Positions 38,387-46,837 of a stretch of DNA of 46,837 nucleotides are shown here, one piece after another. Every line of letters starts with the position of its first letter. Position 1 is the first letter of the stretch. Both the position numbers and the translations under genes were made by a program. The DNA is from Spongospora subterranea f. sp. subterranea (taxonomy: Eukaryota). The notes below the pieces were generated by a model. It saw only the letters and a list, made by a program, of their open reading frames with translations. It searched no databases and was not told the origin of the DNA. The stretch spans positions 1 to 46,837 of the forward strand of contig JAUGWO010000134.1 in assembly GCA_049724395.1 (NCBI GenBank). Direction: 5' to 3'.

Positions 38387-40810
38387 ATGACGATGGCGAC
38401 ACCCGATCTTCACCCCATAATCATATCGATCTCGAACCTTCCATTGAACACCCCGTTGTGCCTACTTGATCTCTTTATAAATGAATGTGTTTCTCGTGAT
38501 TTGGACCCAGATCGATACTGCATGCAGTGGCAGCATAATGACCATATTATCCCTCTATATTGCAATGTCAAACTACAGCATCATGACATCATATTACTGC
38601 CCAAATGTTGGTTGAGTTCTTTTTAATTTGCTCACATGAGTCTAATCATGAGTTGTCAGCTACGAGCGTTTATTCCCGTCAATGTCGGCTAGCAATTGAG
38701 TCTACCGATGGAAGAATTGAAGGAACATGTACTACAAAACAAACACTTTGGTACTGATGGGTTTATATTTGCATATATATTCGAAGTTCATATGAATTTT
38801 CAAAGGGATATTTTATGTCAAAATAATAAGGCATCGCTGATAATCGATGATAAAGTGAATTTACCGGTAATTCGGATTGATGGTGGTACGACAATAACAA
38901 CGCCAAGGACCCTGATGTATTCCACTTTGGTATTATACGATTCTAAATGAGCCGATGGATGTCGCTGATGTTGTCATTATAGGAAGCAATCGGTCTTGGT
39001 ACCGTATCCAGTATTGTGCTTCACATCACCCATATCGAATCATCAATATCGGTAAAATTCCAGTTTTCATTTCACATCCAAAATCCGACTCATGTTTAGG
39101 TGAAGGAATTGTCAGTCCAACAAATGACAGTTTCAAAATATCGCCACAAGAATTGCTCTAGAACCGAACCGGTACCTGTCGGTCAAAATACAATCGAGGT
39201 TGATGAAAATATAGACGGTTCTGCGTTTGGTGCGCTCTTCAGCCTGTGATCAATACTGGTTTTCACATTGATATTTCAGATCTGGCCAATTTCCGTACCA
39301 CGTTGGAACTGAAATCAGGGTCTATCGATAGATATCTATCGTGCGTACACATCTAGTTCTTGTTTGCGTGTATTGCCTCTAACACATCATCAGATCACTG
39401 TGTCGTGAAGTGTCGTCGTTTGCGGATCTCAAAACCGGTTTGCGTACTCTTGGGTTCATTACCCAGAATATCATCAAAAATCCTGACGACGCTCGCTTTC
39501 GAACCCTCAACAATTCAAATCTTGTTCTCAAAGATCAGGTTTGATTTTCAAAAGTTCTCACTGTTGTTTTTTATCAACCCACCCGTTTGTACAGGTATTG
39601 CAGTATTCGAGTGCCGTAAAACTCCTCCAATGTATTGGCTTTGCCAATGTTGATGAGGGTTTAATGATGCCTGATGCATTCGATGTATCCATTCTTGAAT
39701 GTGCATTGTCCTTCATTCAGAAGTAATCTGTTATTGATCTGTTTCAGTTTTACACCGTAGTTATTGACACATTAGTACAGGTATCGCAATCGTCCTGAAA
39801 AGCATAAACCTTTGTTCCCTCTGGTAAATTCATTGCATTTGCTGAAAAACTCCTTCGTTTAATTTTATTTGGATTAATAGATGGGGAATTCAGATCAGCA
39901 TGTAGGACTGATCTTTACACGATCAGGAGATGCATAATTTATAATTTGTACCAAAAGGTTGCGACTGCGGGTCAAGATCCGACTCAACCGGCAACCTTTG
40001 TCGGCCCTGTTGAAAGGAACCTTACTATTTATGACGAATCACTGGGGGTGGACCAGAACCGTCGGTGCATTATCTCAGTACTGGCATCCCTTAATTGACA
40101 GCGTTTCTTTTAGCACAATTATTAGGGCGAGATGAAGAATTTTCGGAAAACTCCACCTCTGATTTACAGCTGTTATCAGCTGCGATGAAGGGCCTTCACA
40201 GGAAATCTCAATACGCCGAAGTCCTTGTGTCCAAGACGTATGTTCAGAACCAATTGAGAAGTTCACATCCTGTTCCTACTGTAATGATCAGTGATAATAT
40301 CTGATTAGCACTCTCTGATATTTAAACCATTACTGGCCAGATTGCTAACATTCGTGTGCGTATACCGCCCAACATTATAGTCCAAGGAACATTTGGAGCT
40401 CAAGATTCTGTTGGAGATGTGTACGACATGGTTCGTAGTGTGTTGAAATGTCCTGAAATGGAGTTTCGTCTCGTATTGCCACCAGCGACTGTATTGTCAG
40501 AGGTGAACATGGTCCTATCGTCATTTGGGTTTGTTGATTTCTGACTGTAAACCATCAGATGGCTTCTACATTGGTTTCGGTAGGCATGGCGCCAGCCGCT
40601 GTGGTGTATGCATCATTTCCGGTGGCTAGCCCGGCTGCAGATGTATTGACACCAGATGCGCTAAGCAAAGCGCAAAGGCTGCAAGTTCAACAGAATTCGG
40701 ACGATCGGTCTCAACCTGCTGACAAGGCTGCACCATCTCAAGAGAAGACCCCTATGCTTTCGCGGAAGTCGCGCTCGAAAGCGGGAGCCCCATCATGGTT
40801 TAAAGGGTGA
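38387..40810 (+). CDS. PUB + UBX domain p97/Cdc48 cofactor (UBXN6/PUX-like), multi-exon; 5' exons uncertain
   Basis: PUB-like NIIKNPDDARFRTL..SAVKLLQCIGF; UBX-like IRVRIPPNIIVQGTFGAQDSVGDVYDMVRSVL..FRLVLPP..TLVSVGMAPAAVV; terminal PSWFKG. Confidence 0.72.
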
Positions 40811-41167
40811 ATGTAAATGTAAATAGCCATTTCAACCAATGTTTGTAGAAGGATGGGAGACATTGGTTTATATCAAGTTCATACACATATATTATAATGC
40901 CAAAGGGGGTAATAAACAGCACAGTTGTGATGTGAACATCATAATGGGGGAGAATGACCAGTCATAATATGATAGATTAGGACGGCAGATCCATATGTCG
41001 GCACGAGTTTGACCAGGGCCGGTACCATACCGCTATATAACGACTGGATAACATGGAGGGTGATCGCCCTGATGAGGGCCAGATAGCGCCATCCGCGTGA
41101 ATGAACTGTTGTACACTGGTCATGCCGTCAACGGCAAGTTTTACGCAGTTCTCAAAGGGCCATTGTA

Positions 41168-41971
41168 CAGTACGGGACACCTTAACTCGACAATTGTTTC
41201 AAATCGATTTTGTAAAAAATGCGTACGCACTTTGTATTATTGCTCGCAGTTTTTATCTGCGCGCAGAAAATGACATCAAAATCAATCAAGTTGCGCAATT
41301 AGTGATTCTGGTAGACTGCGGTGGCGTTTGTACTTCTTGACGGCGTATTCTGCTTGTCGGACAGAGAGCCTGTTCCCAGAAGCGTCAACTATTCGGTAAG
41401 CGTCCATATATCGATAACACTTTCGGGCGAAGCGCCGAATTTGTCCTAGAGGAACCTGCTCCAACGCCTTCGGTACAACAATCTGCAAATCTTTCCAAGA
41501 GTACGTGCAGTTGCGTCGAGTGTAACTCTTGGCCGCAGCCCAATACATCTCGATAAAGTTAAACTCACAATGAAATTTCGGGTAGAAGTCAACTATTCCG
41601 TCATTTTGTTCGACTGTTTCGACGATCCATTCTTTTTGCGCCCGAAAATCCGGTTGTTGCTCAAGAACTGATTTGGCTGAGTCTTTCGATAAGTAGTTTT
41701 CCCACAAGCCACGTTCTTGCAAAATGGTTCTCAACCCTTTCTGGACTCCCGCATTCGTCTGCATCATCTGTTCAACTCGTTGTCCCTGTTTCATGAACCA
41801 TCCTGGACGCTGCAGTTTTACGTTCTTTCCGCCATCATTCAGGTTCAGAACTTTAGCATTTAGAGCGTCAGGCGGCAATGCTCGGTGGTTCTGGGAGTTA
41901 TCGAACATTAGCAGCATTTTGCTTTTTGGATGCAAAATTCGGAAAATCGGAATTGCTCGTTCTTGGATCTG
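41168..41971 (-). mobile_element. 3' half of an IS630-Tc1-mariner element with long second-D-to-E spacing; cut at the palindrome centre
   Basis: RAIPIFRILHP..LMFDNSQNH..KGLRTILQERGLW..QPDFRAQK..FYPKFHCEFNFIEMYW..RYMDAYR..KKYKRHR*; probable TIR TA|CAGTACGGGACACC at 41166-41181. Confidence 0.85.
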
Positions 41972-42786
41972 TTTGCATCCAAAAAGCAAAATGCTGCTAA
42001 TGTTCGATAACTCCCAGAACCACCGAGCATTGCCGCCTGACGCTCTAAATGCTAAAGTTCTGAACCTGAATGATGGCGGAAAGAACGTAAAACTGCAGCG
42101 TCCAGGATGGTTCATGAAACAGGGACAACGAGTTGAACAGATGATGCAGACGAATGCGGGAGTCCAGAAAGGGTTGAGAACCATTTTGCAAGAACGTGGC
42201 TTGTGGGAAAACTACTTATCGAAAGACTCAGCCAAATCAGTTCTTGAGCAACAACCGGATTTTCGGGCGCAAAAAGAATGGATCGTCGAAACAGTCGAAC
42301 AAAATGACGGAATAGTTGACTTCTACCCGAAATTTCATTGTGAGTTTAACTTTATCGAGATGTATTGGGCTGCGGCCAAGAGTGGGGATCGCGATCGAGA
42401 CGCGGATACGAATCATCTGCTTCGTCCGTTACACTCGACGCAACTGCACGTACTCTTGGAAAGATTTGCAGATTGTTGTACCGAAGGCGTTGGAGCAGGT
42501 TCCTCTAGGACAAATTCGGCGCTTCGCCCGAAAGTGTTATCGATATATGGACGCTTACCGAATAGTTGACGCTTCTGGGAACAGGCTCTCTGTCCGACAA
42601 GCAGAATACGCCGTCAAGAAGTACAAACGCCACCGCAGTCTACCAGAATCACTAATTGCGCAACTTGATTGATTTTGATGTCATTTTCTGCGCGCAGATA
42701 AAAACTGCGAGCAATAATACAAAGTGCGTACGCATTTTTTACAAAATCGATTTGAAACAATTGTCGAGTTAAGGTGTCCCGTACTG
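41972..42786 (+). mobile_element. Mirror copy of the Tc1-like 3' half, frameshifted by a 46-nt insertion
   Basis: Reverse complement of 41168-41936 plus insert 42384-42429; ends CCCGTACTG|TA. Confidence 0.82.
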
Positions 42787-43143
42787 TACAATGGCCCTTT
42801 GAGAACTGCGTAAAACTTGCCGTTGACGGCATGACCAGTGTACAACAGTTCATTCACGCGGATGGCGCTATCTGGCCCTCATCAGGGCGATCACCCTCCA
42901 TGTTATCCAGTCGTTATATAGCGGTATGGTACCGGCCCTGGTCAAACTCGTGCCGACATATGGATCTGCCGTCCTAATCTATCATATTATGACTGGTCAT
43001 TCTCCCCCATTATGATGTTCACATCACAACTGTGCTGTTTATTACCCCCTTTGGCATTATAATATATGTGTATGAACTTGATATAAACCAATGTCTCCCA
43101 TCCTTCTACAAACATTGGTTGAAATGGCTATTTACATTTACAT

Positions 43144-45567
43144 TCACCCTTTAAACCATGATGGGGCTCCCGCTTTCGAGCGCGACTTCCGCGAAAGCAT
43201 AGGGGTCTTCTCTTGAGATGGTGCAGCCTTGTCAGCAGGTTGAGACCGATCGTCCGAATTCTGTTGAACTTGCAGCCTTTGCGCTTTGCTTAGCGCATCT
43301 GGTGTCAATACATCTGCAGCCGGGCTAGCCACCGGAAATGATGCATACACCACAGCGGCTGGCGCCATGCCTACCGAAACCAATGTAGAAGCCATCTGAT
43401 GGTTTACAGTCAGAAATCAACAAACCCAAATGACGATAGGACCATGTTCACCTCTGACAATACAGTCGCTGGTGGCAATACGAGACGAAACTCCATTTCA
43501 GGACATTTCAACACACTACGAACCATGTCGTACACATCTCCAACAGAATCTTGAGCTCCAAATGTTCCTTGGACTATAATGTTGGGCGGTATACGCACAC
43601 GAATGTTAGCAATCTGGCCAGTAATGGTTTAAATATCAGAGAGTGCTAATCAGATATTATCACTGATCATTACAGTAGGAACAGGATGTGAACTTCTCAA
43701 TTGGTTCTGAACATACGTCTTGGACACAAGGACTTCGGCGTATTGAGATTTCCTGTGAAGGCCCTTCATCGCAGCTGATAACAGCTGTAAATCAGAGGTG
43801 GAGTTTTCCGAAAATTCTTCATCTCGCCCTAATAATTGTGCTAAAAGAAACGCTGTCAATTAAGGGATGCCAGTACTGAGATAATGCACCGACGGTTCTG
43901 GTCCACCCCCAGTGATTCGTCATAAATAGTAAGGTTCCTTTCAACAGGGCCGACAAAGGTTGCCGGTTGAGTCGGATCTTGACCCGCAGTCGCAACCTTT
44001 TGGTACAAATTATAAATTATGCATCTCCTGATCGTGTAAAGATCAGTCCTACATGCTGATCTGAATTCCCCATCTATTAATCCAAATAAAATTAAACGAA
44101 GGAGTTTTTCAGCAAATGCAATGAATTTACCAGAGGGAACAAAGGTTTATGCTTTTCAGGACGATTGCGATACCTGTACTAATGTGTCAATAACTACGGT
44201 GTAAAACTGAAACAGATCAATAACAGATTACTTCTGAATGAAGGACAATGCACATTCAAGAATGGATACATCGAATGCATCAGGCATCATTAAACCCTCA
44301 TCAACATTGGCAAAGCCAATACATTGGAGGAGTTTTACGGCACTCGAATACTGCAATACCTGTACAAACGGGTGGGTTGATAAAAAACAACAGTGAGAAC
44401 TTTTGAAAATCAAACCTGATCTTTGAGAACAAGATTTGAATTGTTGAGGGTTCGAAAGCGAGCGTCGTCAGGATTTTTGATGATATTCTGGGTAATGAAC
44501 CCAAGAGTACGCAAACCGGTTTTGAGATCCGCAAACGACGACACTTCACGACACAGTGATCTGATGATGTGTTAGAGGCAATACACGCAAACAAGAACTA
44601 GATGTGTACGCACGATAGATATCTATCGATAGACCCTGATTTCAGTTCCAACGTGGTACGGAAATTGGCCAGATCTGAAATATCAATGTGAAAACCAGTA
44701 TTGATCACAGGCTGAAGAGCGCACCAAACGCAGAACCGTCTATATTTTCATCAACCTCGATTGTATTTTGACCGACAGGTACCGGTTCGGTTCTAGAGCA
44801 ATTCTTGTGGCGATATTTTGAAACTGTCATTTGTTGGACTGACAATTCCTTCACCTAAACATGAGTCGGATTTTGGATGTGAAATGAAAACTGGAATTTT
44901 ACCGATATTGATGATTCGATATGGGTGATGTGAAGCACAATACTGGATACGGTACCAAGACCGATTGCTTCCTATAATGACAACATCAGCGACATCCATC
45001 GGCTCATTTAGAATCGTATAATACCAAAGTGGAATACATCAGGGTCCTTGGCGTTGTTATTGTCGTACCACCATCAATCCGAATTACCGGTAAATTCACT
45101 TTATCATCGATTATCAGCGATGCCTTATTATTTTGACATAAAATATCCCTTTGAAAATTCATATGAACTTCGAATATATATGCAAATATAAACCCATCAG
45201 TACCAAAGTGTTTGTTTTGTAGTACATGTTCCTTCAATTCTTCCATCGGTAGACTCAATTGCTAGCCGACATTGACGGGAATAAACGCTCGTAGCTGACA
45301 ACTCATGATTAGACTCATGTGAGCAAATTAAAAAGAACTCAACCAACATTTGGGCAGTAATATGATGTCATGATGCTGTAGTTTGACATTGCAATATAGA
45401 GGGATAATATGGTCATTATGCTGCCACTGCATGCAGTATCGATCTGGGTCCAAATCACGAGAAACACATTCATTTATAAAGAGATCAAGTAGGCACAACG
45501 GGGTGTTCAATGGAAGGTTCGAGATCGATATGATTATGGGGTGAAGATCGGGTGTCGCCATCGTCAT
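43144..45567 (-). CDS. Mirror copy of the PUB/UBX gene (may be an assembly duplicate)
   Basis: All ORF translations are identical to those in 38387-40810. Confidence 0.6.
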
Positions 45568-45570
45568 TAC

Positions 45571-46837
45571 TCGTGATGGTGTGACTATGGCCATCAGTGA
45601 ATAGCAACCCTACCGCGCACCGTATTCAGTTATGGCCTATGTGGTAGGATGGGGCTACTCCTGGGTCACCATTCGTGATGGTGTGACTATGGCCATCAGT
45701 GAATAGCAACCCTACCGCGCACCGTATTCAGTTATGGCCTATGTGGTAGGATGGGGCTACTCCTGGGTCACCATTCGTGATGGTGTGACTATGGCCATCA
45801 GTGAATAGCAACCCTACCGCGCACCGTATTCAGTTATGGCCTATGTGGTAGGATGGGGCTACTCCTGGGTCACCATTCGTGATGGTGTGACTATGGCCAT
45901 CAGTGAATAGCAACCCTACCGCGCACCGTATTCAGTTATGGCCTATGTGGTAGGATGGGGCTACTCCTGGGTCACCATTCGTGATGGTGTGACTATGGCC
46001 ATCAGTGAATAGCAACCCTACCGCGCACCATATTCAGTTATGGCCTATGTGGTAGGATGGGGCTACTCCTGGGTCACCATTCGTGATGGTGTGACTATGG
46101 CCATCAGTGAATAGCAACCCTACCGCGCACCGTATTCAGTTATGGCCTATGTGGTAGGATGGGGCTACTCCTGGGTCACCATTCGTGATGGTGTGACTAT
46201 GGCCATCAGTGAATAGCAACCCTACCGCGCACCGTATTCAGTTATGGCCTATGTGGTAGGATGGGGCTACTCCTGGGTCACCATTCGTGATGGTGTGACT
46301 ATGGCCATCAGTGAATAGCAACCCTACCGCGCACCATATTCAGTTATGGCCTATGTGGTAGGATGGGGCTACTCCTGCGGCTTATTCTTTCAGGCTCGCG
46401 CACTTCATTCCTGGGTCACCATTCGATGGTGTGACTATGGCCATCAGTGAATAGCAACCCTACCGCGCACCATATTCAGTTATGGCCACTCCTGGGTCAC
46501 CATTCGTGATGGTGTGACTATGGTGAATAGCTACCCTACCGCGCACCATTCAGTTATGGCCTATGTGGTAGGATGGGGCTACTCCTGGGTCACCATTCGT
46601 GATGGTGTGACTATGGCCATCAGTGAATAGCAACCCTACCGCGCACCGTATTCAGTTATGGCCTATGTGGTAGGATGGGGCTACTCCTGGGTCACCATTC
46701 GTGATGGTGTGACTATGGCCATCAGTGAATAGCAACCCTACCGCGCACCATATTCAGTTATGGCCTATGTGGTAGGATGGGGCTACCCCTGGGTCGCTAC
46801 ACCTTTATGTACGTAGTGATGGTGTGACTATGGCCAT
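45571..46837. repeat. Mirror copy of the 102-bp satellite array
   Basis: Reverse-complement units to the window end, entering the long variant at ~46790. Confidence 0.95.

Larger units (their letters stand above)
37157..46837. repeat. Giant inverted duplication (arms about 4.8 kb or longer, 35-nt loop 41937-41971); the right arm runs off the window
   Basis: Mirror coordinates sum to 83908 near the centre and 83954 beyond a 46-nt insert; the ORF track shows identical mirrored ORFs (38360-38626+/45328-45594-, 40559-40810+/43144-43395-). Confidence 0.97.

Noticed and set aside
41937..41971. Hairpin telomere or chromosome end
   Set aside because: No telomeric repeat array or protelomerase-like gene is present; the loop is ordinary transposase sequence.
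42382..42427. 46-nt insert as a newly gained intron
   Set aside because: It can start with GT but ends in CC, not AG, in the register that restores the frame.
41282..42569. The 300-aa and 281-aa ORFs as full novel proteins
   Set aside because: Their first ~70 aa are the antisense reading of the opposite palindrome arm; only the C-terminal parts are transposase.
41168..42786. A self-contained fold-back transposon with two TIRs
   Set aside because: The mirror symmetry continues for kilobases beyond both TA sites, so it is part of the larger duplication and not an insertion.

Overview
Eukaryotic DNA with a compact gene layout and many short (~45-70 nt) GT-AG introns. The style resembles a small protist genome such as a plasmodiophorid; this is inference and cannot be verified here. 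Bases 1-10.3 kb are decayed DNA transposons: a GCM-domain MULE, a piggyBac-like gene carrying a nested YqaJ-type exonuclease and SAP domain, two plant-type DD39D mariner relics and a folded-back PIF/Harbinger, plus a 37-bp satellite. Bases 11.3-34.5 kb are host genes: Rab5, an 85-aa secreted Cys-rich protein missing from the ORF track, eIF4E, two Pro-rich GPI-like surface proteins, a PH/STE20 kinase, a C2H2 zinc-finger protein, an unknown helical protein, inverted SET-domain fragments, TDP1, Ras and Raptor. From ~37 kb to the window end is one ~9.7-kb palindrome (102-bp satellite, PUB/UBX gene, half a Tc1-like transposase, then the mirror image) with a 35-nt loop at 41937-41971. It may be a real fold-back rearrangement or a chimeric-read/amplification artefact. 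The most novel-looking item is the piggyBac-like transposase with an exonuclease and SAP domain inserted inside its catalytic domain. All domain calls come from motif recognition by eye; no searches were run.
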